Below are positions 33,001 to 43,094 of a stretch of DNA of 64,000 nucleotides, one piece after another (the first letter of the stretch is position 1; the number at the start of each line of letters is the position of its first letter). The DNA lies in contig NIVC01002217.1 of NCBI GenBank assembly GCA_002269645.1, forward strand, positions 11,765 to 75,764, written 5' to 3'. Origin of the DNA: Macrostomum lignano (taxonomy: Eukaryota). Both the position numbers and the translations under genes were made by a program. The notes beneath the pieces are model-generated. The model was given only the letters and a program-made list of their open reading frames with translations, did no database searches and had not been told where the DNA came from.

Positions 33001-36000
33001 CAAAGATTTAACTCAGGCGGGCTTGAAATGCTAAAAATAGAAGCAGCAAGTTGCAGAGCAGCGCGCGAACCCCTTTCTATTGATATTGCGTCGTCGATTG
33101 GGTCTGTCAATAGAAATGGTATCCCAGTCTCAAAATAATCATTTCCAGCTCTTCTATTTCGCCATCCCACGACTGACCGGTTATTTTTCCTCACGCTGAA
33201 AAAAATTTTGCTCATAAGTGGAATGGCGATTTCTATTTTGGTTGCGCTTAACGACTAATGCCTTCCTTCTCTCTGTGTCTCTGGACTCTGTCCCCTGTCC
33301 AAGCCCTCCTTCCTGCCTGAAGTTTCATTACGAGTATAAACGGAGGCCGTTTGCACTAACCCTGCCAGCCCGCCCCCTCCCACTCCCCCTCAAAATGGAT
33401 GAAATTTGCCAAAAATATCTCGCTGAAGCTAGGGCGGATCCGCGGCTTCCCCATAGAATAGCCAACTAGGGCAGGGGGTAGCGTGTTTACACAGCCAGTG
33501 CTGGGCTGCGATTTTCAATGGGACAGTGGGCTGAGCCATGGAGGCCCAGCAACCAACTCTTCCCCGAACAGCCCAACAGCTTTTTAGCTTGCACACAAAA
33601 CACAAACTACGACTCAGTTGAAGCTTTTCTTTGTAGAATTAAGTCTGATTTTAAAGCTGAATGAATTCTCCGTGATGGAGTAGAAATCATTGCACAATGA
33701 GCAGTAGTCTATGAGCTAGATTCCAGTGTCTGAATCGCGTTACGACCCCAGGTCATGCGATTCACAGCCGTGAGAGCCAACCCCAGTAGTCTATGAGCTA
33801 GATTCCAGTGTCTGAATCGGGTTACGACCCCAGGTCATGCGATTCACAGCCGTGAGGGCCAACCCCAGTAGTCTATGAGCTAGATTCCAGTGTCTGAATC
33901 GCGTTACGACCCCAGGTCATGCGATTCACAGCCGTGAGAGCCAACCCCAGTAGTCTATGAGCTAGATTCCAGTGTCTGAATCGGGTTACGACCCCAGGTC
34001 ATGCGATTCACAGCCGTGAGGGCCAACCCCAGTAGTCTATGAGCTAGATTCCAGTGTCTGAATCGCGTTACGACCCCAGGTCATGCGATTCACAGCCGTG
34101 AGGGCCAACCCCAGTAGTCTATGAGCTAGATTCCAGTGTCTGAATCGCGTTACGACCCCAGGTCATGCGATTCACAGCCGTGAGGGCCAACCCCAGTAGT
34201 CTATGAGCTAGATTCCAGTGTCTGAATCGGGTTACGACCCCAGGTCATGCGATTCACAGCCGTGAGAGCCAACCCCAGTAGTCTATGAGCTAGATTCTAG
34301 TGTCTGAATCGCGTTACGACCCCAGGTCATGCGATTCACAGCCGTGAGAGCCAACCCCAGTAGTCTATGAGCTAGATTCTAGTGTCTGAATCGCGTTACG
34401 ACCCCAGGTCATGCGATTCACAGCCGTGAGGGCCAACCCCAGTAGTCTATGAGCTAGATTCCAGTGTCTGAATCGCGTTACGACCCCAGGTCATGCGATT
34501 CACAGCCGTGAGAGCCAACCCCAGTAGTCTATGAGCTAGATTCTAGTGTCTGAATCGCGTTACGACCCCAGGTCATGCGATTCACAGCCGTGAGAGCCAA
34601 CCCCAAGGCACAGACAGTGTACATGCCTGACGATTAGATAGTCAGGGCTGCTGTACACCCTGTGTGAGCGTGTTCATGAGTCGAGCATGTGCTCAGGAAA
34701 GAGCGGTAAATGCGGAATTGCCACTGCACTGGTTGTCGCGGTCACAATTTTCTATATTTTCCTCTTGGTTTTTCACTTAACTTCTGAGAATTTATTCAGC
34801 TTCAAAATGAGACCAAGTTCGTTAAAAAATAGTTTAAACAAAACCGAAGTTATGATAACTTTAGTAAACACAGAAAGAACACAGAGACTGGGCCTGCCTT
34901 TTGTTTCTAAACAGAAAAGCCGCAGTCAATCTGCGGTGGTCTGAAAATCATGTGATGAGTGGCAAATCCAGGTTCTGGTTCTGGGACTCCATGGCTGAGC
35001 GCTGGGCCGGCACTTCAGTTAGTTACTAATAAATCTCCCGCGCCCAGTGCCTGCCAACGGCCTTGGTTACACTCACCCAGTCTCTCCTGTATCTCCCTCC
35101 CCCCTCAATCTTTCTTCCCCAAGTCTCGAAAACTTCAACTGAGCCCTCGTCCCTTCTCCTACCCCAACTCCGAACTGCCGCCCCCGCAGCAGGCGGCGGC
35201 GCCGTCTGCGGCATCGGCGGTAGCGGGCGCGGACGGCACCGGCGGCGGATTTCCAATCGCGCTGAAGATTGGCCACGCTCACAATGGAATTGGCAAGGTG
35301 AGTGGGCTTTTAATTGGGATTCCGCATTTTTATGATTTGTTCTAATTAATTGATCCGGCGGGGAGCAATTTCCCAACTGTTTGGCAATTAAAACGGTGCT
35401 TATTAATTTTGAATTAGCAGATACTCAACAAAATTGATTGAGCAATAAAAATTTAGCAGCAATATAAAAAAATTGATTTGCCTTTCTGGCAATTTTAAAG
35501 CAAAGAGTACCTAGCTAACTTACAGAGCCAATGTAGCTATTAAAACTGAAGCCAAAATCCCTAATTTTTGGGCTTCTATGAGTTACTTTTTAATTGGCAT
35601 TGTATTTTCAATTAGATCTTGTCCTGCTCCAGCAGTGGAAGCAAAAGCTATGAGCGTTTCCTCAAAATCCTCGGTGTCGTCTTTGACCTTCCACGAGAAT
35701 GCCAAAGCCATCAGCGTCAAAGTCCGCTCCAACACAGCTCATCAGCGACTTCAGCTAATCGCTTCTTCAGCGCTTTCAAAATTCCGCTTTGCGCGTTGTC
35801 ACCGGGTGCCACAGCTGCTCTGCCGTCGGGCACCCCTGAATGCAGAATGCACCGTGCTTTCGGAAAGAGCTCACTCTGAGCTATTCGCCTCCCAATACTG
35901 GATCTCCTGCACCCTCCCCAGCTGCACATCGCGTGCTTCTTCTCAACTGGCGGCGCCAAAGAACTAACTACCCTGGCTGGCTGCACCTACGCGGCCAAAC

Positions 36001-39000
36001 TCGAATCTTCGACCTCTCCGCTCTGACGCCGTTGCTGTAGCTCTGCCCCCCTTTTCCGACCGATCTGACCCCAGCTGCTCTCTGGGCGCAGCCTCGTTCG
36101 GCCATTGCTTTCATCGACGAGCTGTTTCCAGGTCCCGGTGCCATGACAATCACACACATACATGCACAGGAGTGTTTATGACCATGTAATTAGACTAAAG
36201 CCTAACTTTAGTTGCAGACTTTTGTCTATAGTCGAAAAAGTTCCCGCAAACTGCGTCAATTGTCCCCCTCATTGAGAGCCTCAAACAACTTGTCTATGGT
36301 AAAAATCTATTTTGTGAAAAATGAACGGCCATAGACATTTCAGCTGCCATTCTATTGTTTTAGCACTGAGCCCTGAGTTTTCTTGCATTAAATGCTGCCA
36401 TTCACAGCCACAAGGGCCAAACCCACAGGGCACTGAGGGTGCGTTGTTTGCGCTCGGGGATCAGAAGAGCTGTGGAATTTGGATTTTGAACCACAGGCCT
36501 CCTGCTAGCTCTATCAGTCATTTTCAAAACTACTGCTTACGCTAAATTCAAGTTCGAGAATTTTTATTCAGACTGATAACGGTGGGTTCCAGTTTCTTTT
36601 TTCCGACTCGTCAAGAAGCCTTGGCCGCGTGAAAGGCGTTAAGAAAATTTGCTGCTGAAAAAAGAAGAAATTTGTGCCTCACCATCTCGAATCGCTGATG
36701 CTGCTAAACTCCGCTTTAATCCGATTTCCTAGCGCAGCCTCCCGGCGCCGCAAGAGGAAAAATTGCTAATCCAATCAGGCCAATCCGATTATCTTCCGCA
36801 ACCGGCTTTCATTTCCTCAATTTTTCCCGCTCTTCTAGAAGAACCATTGCCAGACAAAACAACCCCAAAACCCAAAAGCCAAACCCCAAACCCCAAAAGC
36901 CAATAAAATGCACGCAAAGATCGCACGAAATTGGATGTGACGCACAGTTTTTTTGTTCGAATTCATGCGCTTTCTTTTCCAATCGGGAACGCTACGCCCA
37001 CGCTCTGCCCACGGCTTCTTTCGTCGGCGGGCGGGAGCTCGCAGAAGTTAAGAACCAATTGAAGTAATATTATTTTTGAAACCGTTGACGTTGAAACGCA
37101 TTGTCAGAGGAGCGAAAGTCTGGTCCCCAAACATGCGCGCATATCCAGTGGGCGCACTCCCAATAGAAGCGCGCAAATAATTTTTACTTCTACACAGATG
37201 TTTCAAGTGTCCGGATTTTTAATTAGCTCTGGAAAGTTGTCTGCATCTTCTACTAGAAGCAGTTTCTTAACTGGTCTCTTACTCTGCCACCCCTTCCAAT
37301 CCCTTCTTCCAAGCTTCGCGCTGCCGACCCGGAAGCGCTGCAAGAGGCGGGCAGCCTGCTGGCCCTGCTGCCCGCCGGAGATGCCTACGCAACAGCCGAA
37401 AGTCTGCTGGAGGCCCGCTGCGACATTCTGTTGCAGAAAATCGGCGCCAACTACAAAGCATTTCTGTGAGCGCGGCAGGGTTGCTGCTTGAGTGATGGAC
37501 ATTCATGTCATGAGTGATGGACATTCAGGTCATGAGTGATGGACATTTAGGTCATGAGTGATGGACATTCAGGTCATGAGTGATGGACATTCAGGTCATG
37601 AGTGATGGACATTTAGGTCATGAGTGATGGACATTCGGATTCTGAGTGATGGAAATTCGGATCATGAGAGATGGATATTCAAGTCATAAGTGATGGACAT
37701 TAAAGTCATGAGTGATGGACATTCAAGTCATGAGTGATGGACATTTAGGTCATGAGTGATGGACATTCAGGTCATGAGTGATGGACATTTAGGTCATGAG
37801 TGATGGAAATTCAGGTCATGAGTGATGGACATTCAGGTCATGAGTGATGGACATTTAGGTCATGAGTGATGGAAACTCAGGTCATGAGTGATGGACATTC
37901 AGGTCATGAGTGATGGACATTTAGGTCATGAGTGATGGTCATTCAGGTTATGAGTGATGGACATTCAGGTCATAAGTGATGGACATCCAGATCATGAGTG
38001 ATGAACATTCAGGTCATAAGTGATGGACATCCAGATCATGAGTGATGAACATTCAGATCATGAGTGATGGACATTCAGGTCATAAGTGATGGACATCCAG
38101 ATCATGAGTGATGGACATTCAGATCATGAGTGATGGACATTTAGGTCATGAGTGATGGACATTCGGATTCTGAGTGATGGAAATTCGGATTCTGAGTGAT
38201 GGAAATTCGGATCATGAGTGATGGACATTTAGGTCATGAGTGATGGACATTCGGATTCTGAGTGATGGAAATTCGGATCATGAGAGATGGATATTCAAGT
38301 CATAAGTGATGGACATTAAAGTCATGAGTGATGGACATTCAAGTCATGAGTGATGGTCATTCAAGTCATGAGTGATGACCATTCAGATCATAAGTGATGG
38401 ACATTCTGCAAGCCTATAAACCCGTGGCTTAGTAGTGTTACAACCAGGATGCTAATATGCTTATCCAAATTATTTAAAATCCCCATTTTTCAAACTCCCA
38501 AGAAGACGCAGCATCTCGGGCAGCTGGAAGGTGAACTCGGGCTCGGCTATGCTTGAGCAGTTGCCAGTGACCGAAGAGTGAGTCCTTCAGCAGAGTGGCA
38601 CACGTGCTCACGCATGAACACGCCAGCAAAACTAAGTGAAAATTTCTGCTTTCAGATACCGCCGATGGCTTGACGAGCTATCGGGGTTGTTCAGCGGTGC
38701 CGACATCTGCGCGCTGGAGGCGGTGCAGCTCAGGAGCGGCGCCGTGCGCATCATCGGGGTGAGGAGGCTGAGCACATTCTAGTTAGTTCTCGGGGGGCAC
38801 AAGTTAGACACAAACCATTAGACACAAACCATTAGACACAAACCATTAGACACAAACCATTAGACACCAATCATTAGACACCAATCATTAGATACAAACC
38901 ATTAGACACAAACCATTAGACACAAACCATTAGACAAACCATTAGACACAAACCATTAGACACCAATCATTAGACACCAATCATTAGACACAAACCATTA

Positions 39001-40012
39001 GACACAAACCATTAGACACAAACCATTAGACACAAACCATTAGACACAAACCATTAGACACAAACCATTAGACACCAATCATTTGACACAAACCATTAGA
39101 CACAAACCATTAGACACAAACCATTGGACACAAACCATTAGACACAAACCATTAGACACAAACCATTAGACACAAACCATTAGACACAAACCATTAGACA
39201 CAAACCATTAGACACAAACCATTAGACACCAATCATTTGACACAAACCATTAGACACAAACCATTAGATACAAACCATTAGAAACAAACCATTAGACACA
39301 AACCATTAGATACAAACCATTAGACACAAACCATTAGACACAAACCATTAGACACAAACCATTAGACACAAACCATTAGACACAAACCATTAGACACCAA
39401 TCATTTGACACAAACCATTAGACACAAACCATTAGATACAAACCATTAGACACCAACCATTAGACACAAACCATTAGACACAAACCATTAGACACCAATC
39501 ATTTGACACAAACCATTAGACACAAACCATTAGACACAAACCATTAGACACAAACCATTAGACACAAAATGCCACCCGGATGCCAGGCCTCCGGTTCCGA
39601 CATGCCACTGCTCGGAGACTCCCAGGAGGAGGACAGACGGCACATTGCAGATGTGGTGCTGGCCCGCATGACGCAGCACCAGCAGCAGCTGCAGCAGGAG
39701 AAGGAGATGGAGAAGGACCGAGCCGCCGCCTCAGCCACCGCAGCGGCAGCCAACGGTCCTCCGGCTCCGGCTGAGCCGGAAGCTCTGACAACGGCGCCAA
39801 CAACCGCGGCGCCAACAGCAACCTCGACAAGTCCGGGCCCTCCTCCGCAGAGGCCGCCTCCGCCGCCCCGGCAAATGTCGGCCACCGCGTCGCCGTCATC
39901 AGGCGGCAGCGGACGAAGCGGCGGAGCCAGCCGGCCAGGCGAGGACTCCGAGGACACAATGAAAAATTTGCGAAAGACTTTCGCCGGAATCGGAATATTT
40001 CGAGACATGTGA
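8406..40012 (+). CDS. syn: Synapsin, 10 coding exons, ~539 aa
   Basis: Exons 8406-8782, 9378-9435, 9518-9597, 13803-13953, 14933-15022, 35190-35297, 37314-37465, 38503-38577, 38656-38758, 39587-40012. All introns are GT-AG and the exons sum to 1620 nt in frame. Domain A MLNYLKRRFSSGDLQGE (PKA site). Domain C motifs VDEPHTDWSKYF, DVRVEQ, FKPD..LIRQ, FPLIDQ, LKIGHAH.GIGK, QKIGANYKAF, RSISGSWK.NSGSAMLEQ, DICALEA, MPLLGDSQEEDRR. Domain E EDTMKNLRKTFAGI. Confidence 0.95.
9621..11850 (-). repeat. 29-bp minisatellite, same family as 1071-7670 but inverted, in synapsin intron 3
   Basis: About 77 units of CCTGTGACAGTCCTCAGTGCCCTGTGCTT, the reverse complement of the upstream unit. Confidence 0.95.
12017..12082. 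repeat. (TC)n microsatellite
   Basis: About 33 dinucleotide units with one interruption. Confidence 0.95.
12457..12741 (-). mobile_element. tRNA-derived SINE, apparently full length
   Basis: Minus-strand Pol III A box TAGCCTAGTGG (12733-12723) and B box GGTTCGATTCC (12690-12680). These are followed by GTGTCCTTGAGCAAGACACTT...CACCCAGCTGTAAAATGGGT, which resembles the conserved central domain of widespread invertebrate SINEs. A second copy lies at 46301-46498. Confidence 0.85.
13205..13757. repeat. 16-bp minisatellite (TCTAACMGGTTTCATG), synapsin intron 3
   Basis: About 34 degenerate tandem units ending ~45 nt before exon 4. Confidence 0.9.
14092..14690. repeat. 13-bp pyrimidine-rich minisatellite (CTGCCTGTCCTCT), synapsin intron 4
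   Basis: Near-perfect tandem units. Explains ORF 14003..14719. Confidence 0.95.
16055..16780. repeat. 11-bp minisatellites (GATCATAGAGA, then GAGATTAGAYA)
   Basis: Short array at 16055-16105 and main array at ~16205-16780. Confidence 0.9.
17440..18465. repeat. 20-bp minisatellite (ATTTGAGTCACTCTGCWCYC)
   Basis: About 50 tandem units with variant blocks. Confidence 0.95.
19898..26850 (-). CDS. timp: Tissue inhibitor of metalloproteinases (TIMP), 5 exons, ~335 aa, nested antisense in synapsin intron 5
   Basis: Exons 26850-26574, 26436-26330, 26284-26080, 25644-25469, 20140-19898. All introns are GT-AG (phases 1,0,1,0) and the exons sum to 1008 nt in frame. Hydrophobic segment LFSLASLLLVGGWALA, then CPC..HPQVAFCASDFALKVRF, Y.VSVKAVF, IYGERDNCG, YLVTG, LSVCSWIAQW, Q..YL.HGTYARGCSKC and a Cys-rich C-domain (CSF..YFMCLTSFSYC..GCAW..YKKC). 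Nesting in synapsin is independent support. The 5' end (ATG 26850) is less certain. Confidence 0.9.
20225..21145 (-). repeat. 21-bp minisatellite in TIMP intron 4 with Ile-heptad coding potential (IDKHIRQ/IDKHIKH/IDKHIRY)
   Basis: Tandem 21-nt units with occasional 9-nt inserts. The heptad frame is broken by a 2-nt deletion (~20755) and a TAA (20411-20413). Confidence 0.85.
21880..22840. repeat. 23-bp C/T-rich minisatellite (CTCACTCATCCTCTCACTCCCCT)
   Basis: About 40 units. Explains the SHSPLTH-type ORFs. Confidence 0.95.
23320..24510. repeat. 20-bp minisatellite (TCAAATCTCACTCCCATCAC)
   Basis: About 59 tandem units. Confidence 0.95.
25060..25350. repeat. 23-bp minisatellite (CCTGTACTGGTTGATTTATGATT)
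   Basis: About 12 degenerate units. Confidence 0.85.
25725..26055. repeat. 19-bp minisatellite (CTCACTCTCATCTCATTGC) filling TIMP intron 3
   Basis: About 17 units lying between TIMP exons 3 and 4. Confidence 0.9.
27796..28649 (+). repeat. 19-bp minisatellite (GGGATGCTAAACTGTGTCA), array 1
   Basis: About 40 units, with a longer composite variant in the 3' third. Confidence 0.95.
29010..29775 (+). repeat. 47/56-bp minisatellite (CAGAATCGCCTCAGTCGAGCATGTGCTCAGGAGTCAAGCGGAATG(T/G)G, with a GCAGATGCC-extended variant)
   Basis: About 15 units: a block of 56-mers followed by alternating 47-mers. Confidence 0.95.
30654..31045. repeat. 18-bp minisatellite (TCTGCTTCTGGGCGCTTA)
   Basis: About 21 near-perfect units. 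Three frames are open because the unit length is a multiple of 3. Confidence 0.95.
31675..32820 (+). repeat. 19-bp minisatellite (GGGATGCTAAACTGTGTCA), array 2
   Basis: About 60 highly homogeneous units, with the same unit and orientation as 27796-28649. Confidence 0.95.
33703..34604. repeat. 82-bp tandem repeat, exactly 11 units, each containing inverted repeats
   Basis: Unit AGTAGTCTATGAGCTAGATTCCAGTGTCTGAATCGCGTTACGACCCCAGGTCATGCGATTCACAGCCGTGAGAGCCAACCCC; 902 bp = 11 x 82. Confidence 0.95.
37490..38405. repeat. 22-bp minisatellite (GAGTGATGGACATTCAGGTCAT), synapsin intron 7
   Basis: About 41 units starting ~25 nt after the exon 7 donor. Confidence 0.95.
38802..39567. repeat. 14-bp minisatellite (ACACAAACCATTAG), synapsin intron 9
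   Basis: About 54 units filling nearly the whole intron. Confidence 0.95.
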
Positions 40013-40882
40013 CCGGCTGGCTGCGGAGTGGGTCAAGGATCAGTTCTCGCGGTTTTGAAAACTTGAATTCGCGCCAAAATTGAAATTATTTAAAAGACGC
40101 AACGCCACTGATAAGGTTCATATTATTCGAAAACATCAATTGAAATAATTGGATTGGCGTTCTGGGTTTGGCGCGAATTAAAAAGCAAAATAAAATTCCG
40201 AGTGTTAATTAAAACAAAGAGCTTTGAGAAAGTTTTTTTTAATTTAAAAGTAAAACAATTTAAATAATTAATGAATACCAACACTGGATGCAAGTGATAC
40301 ACTTTATGAACAAATGATGAAGCACTATATAATGTTATCTTTATGTTCCCGCCGATTCTCTAGTCGGGGTATCATTCTCTGTGGCATCAATGCCCTCCAA
40401 AGCAGTTTAACCTTCCGTTGTACTCTCATTTATTCTGTTTTAAATATTCGCTAAATACTACTTGATTGATATTGATAGTAGACAGTGTGGCATAAATTTC
40501 CTTTGATAATACATGTATATTTTTTCTTTTTAGTAATATCGTCTAGTAGTGTATTTTAAAATATTTTTGCGCTTATTTGTGTTCCATTTTTTGTCATAAA
40601 TGTATAATGCTATTTTTAGAATTATTATCCCAATAGGCCTATTGCTGTTGCTATATATAGGAAGTGTTATGATAGCCATTTTTAGACTTTTTGTCGTAAA
40701 TTAAACGAACATTTTTAACTGTTATATTCATTAGACACTGTTTAATCAATATTTTTCATTATGCTTATCATAGCAATATACGCGCGAATCAGATTGCAGT
40801 AATTATTCGTTTATTATTTTCCTGTGTAACCTTCATTTTTCAAAAAAGTTTTGAGTAAAATAGAAGGGTGACACTAAACTTA

Positions 40883-42498
40883 TGGTAATGGAGAGGAGGG
40901 TGATGAAGAAGAGGGTAATGGAGAGGAGGGTGATGAAGAAGAGGGTAATGGAGAGGAGGATGATTAAGAAGAGGGTAATGGAGAGGAGGGTGATGAAGAA
41001 GAGGGTGATGGAGAGGAGGGTGATGAAGAAGAGGGTAATGGAGAGGAGGGTGATGAAGAAGAGGGTAATGGAGAGGAGGGTGATGAAGAAGAGGGTAATG
41101 GAGAGGAGGGTGATGAAGAAGAGGGTAATGGAGAGGAGGGTGATGAAGAAGAGGGTGATGGAGAGGAGGGTGATGAAGAAGAGGGTGATGGAGAGGAGGG
41201 TGATGAAGAAGAGGGTAATGGAGAGGAGGGTGATGAAGAAGAGGGTAATGGAGAGGAGGGTGATGAAGAAGAGGGTGATGGAGAGGAGGGTGATGAAGAA
41301 GAGGGTGATGGAGAGGAGGGTGATGGAGAGGAGGGTGATAAAGAGGAGGGTGACGGAGAGGAGGGTGATGAAGAGGAGGGTGATGGAGAGGAGGGTGATA
41401 AAGAGGAGGGTGACGGAGAGGAGGGTGATGGAGAGGAGGGTGATAAAGAGGAGGGTGACGGAGAGGAGGGAGATGGAGAGGAGGGTGATGGAGAGGAGGG
41501 TGATGAAGAGGAGGGTGATGGAGAGGAGGGTGATAAAGAGGAGAGTGATGGAGAGGAGGGTGATGGAGAGGAGGGTGATGGAGAGGAGGGTGATGAAGAG
41601 AAGGGTGATGGAGAGGAGGGTGACGGAGAGGAGGGTGATGGAGAGGAGGGTGATAAAGAGAGGGTGACGGAGAGGAGGGAGATGGAGAGGAGGGTGATGG
41701 AGAGGAGGGTGATGGAGAGGAGGGTGATGGAGAGGAGGGTGATGGAGAGGAGGGTGATAAAGAGAGGGTGACGGAGAGGAGGGTGATGGAGAGGAGGGTG
41801 ATGAAGAGGAGGGTGATGAAGAGAAGGGTGATGAAGAGGAGGGTGATGGAGAGGAGGGTGATGGAGAGGAGGGTGATGGAGAGGAGGGTGATGGAGAGGA
41901 GGGTGATGGAGAGGAGGGTGATGGAGAGAAGGGTGATGGAGAGGAGGGTGATGAAGAGGAGGGTGATGGAGAGGAGGGTGATGGAGAGGAGGGTGATGGA
42001 GAGGAGGGTGATGAAGAGGAGGGTGATGGAGAGGAGGGTGATGGAGAGGAGGGTGATGGAGAGGAGGGTGATGGAGAGGAGGGTGATGAAGAGAAGGGTG
42101 ATGAAGAGGAGGGTGATGGAGAGGAGGGTGATGGAGAGGAGGGTGATGGAGAGGAGGGTGATGGAGAGGAGGGTGATGGAGAGGAGGGTGATGGAGAGGA
42201 GGGTGATGAAGAGGAGGGTGATGGAGAGGAGGGTGATGGAGAGGAGGGTGATGGAGAGGAGGGTGATGGAGAGGAGGGTGATGAAGAGGAGGGTGATGGA
42301 GAGGAGGGTGATGGAGAGGAGGGTGATGGAGAGGAGGGTGATGGAGAGGAGGGTGATGAAGAGAAGGGTGATGAAGAGGAGGGTGATGGAGAGGAGGGTG
42401 ACGGAGAGGAGGGTGATGAAGAGGAGGGTGATGGAGAGGAGGGTGATGGAGAGGAGGGTGATGGAGAGGAGGGTGATGAAGAGGAGGGTGATGAAGAG
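40883..42498. repeat. 15/30-bp purine-rich minisatellite (GAGAGGAGGGTGATG and variants)
   Basis: A 30-bp higher-order block followed by 15-bp units. Explains the MERRV and SSPSP ORFs. Confidence 0.95.
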
Positions 42499-43094
42499 TT
42501 AATGCGTCTTAATTGCAAACAACACAGGCCCAAACTGATGCTGCATCCAGCACTTTGACTCGTTTACGAGGCAGTAAAATTTTTGGCAAAGAACATGGCC
42601 GGTTAGAATCGCAGCGCTTTCCAACAGCCGTTAGCAACTGTGTTTCTGGTCCAATATTATTGTCAAACAAGACAGCAGCTGCTGAAGCTTTTGAAAAACG
42701 AAAAAAGGAAAGCAATTTTCTCGAACTTTCGCAATTTTTCGGACTGTCGTAGAAGCCAAAAACAGGTGCTTTGCCTTGTCCAATAAATGGGTAGCACTTT
42801 CTGGCTTCTAAGAGAGCATTTTCTTGTTGCATTTTTATCAACTTTTTTAGTTATTGTCCCGAAGTTGCCGATTTTTGCAGCATGTTTTTAGCAGTTTTTG
42901 TGGACATAAGTTACATACAGGCAAATACTAAAAGGATTCAATGTGCACGAATGCCAGTAACGATTTCTGGCCTCTTAACCGGTAAGAGATTCACAAAAGA
43001 ACGAACCGTGAGAAAAAGATCTTAATCAATGAATCAGGTAAATAAGCAGCCACACTGTTGTGATACGTTTGAAACGTGAAAGAACCGCTTCGAG

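Noticed and set aside
33703-34604. CRISPR-like or hammerhead-satellite interpretation of the 82-bp (and 47/56-bp) arrays
   Set aside because: Units are contiguous with no unique spacers, there are no cas genes, and the context is eukaryotic. There is no CUGAnGA/GAAA hammerhead core on either strand.
35578-36159. GC-rich stretch with several short ORFs on both strands in synapsin intron 6
   Set aside because: No frame yields a recognisable domain or a consistent splice pattern. It may be a decayed element but is not supportable.
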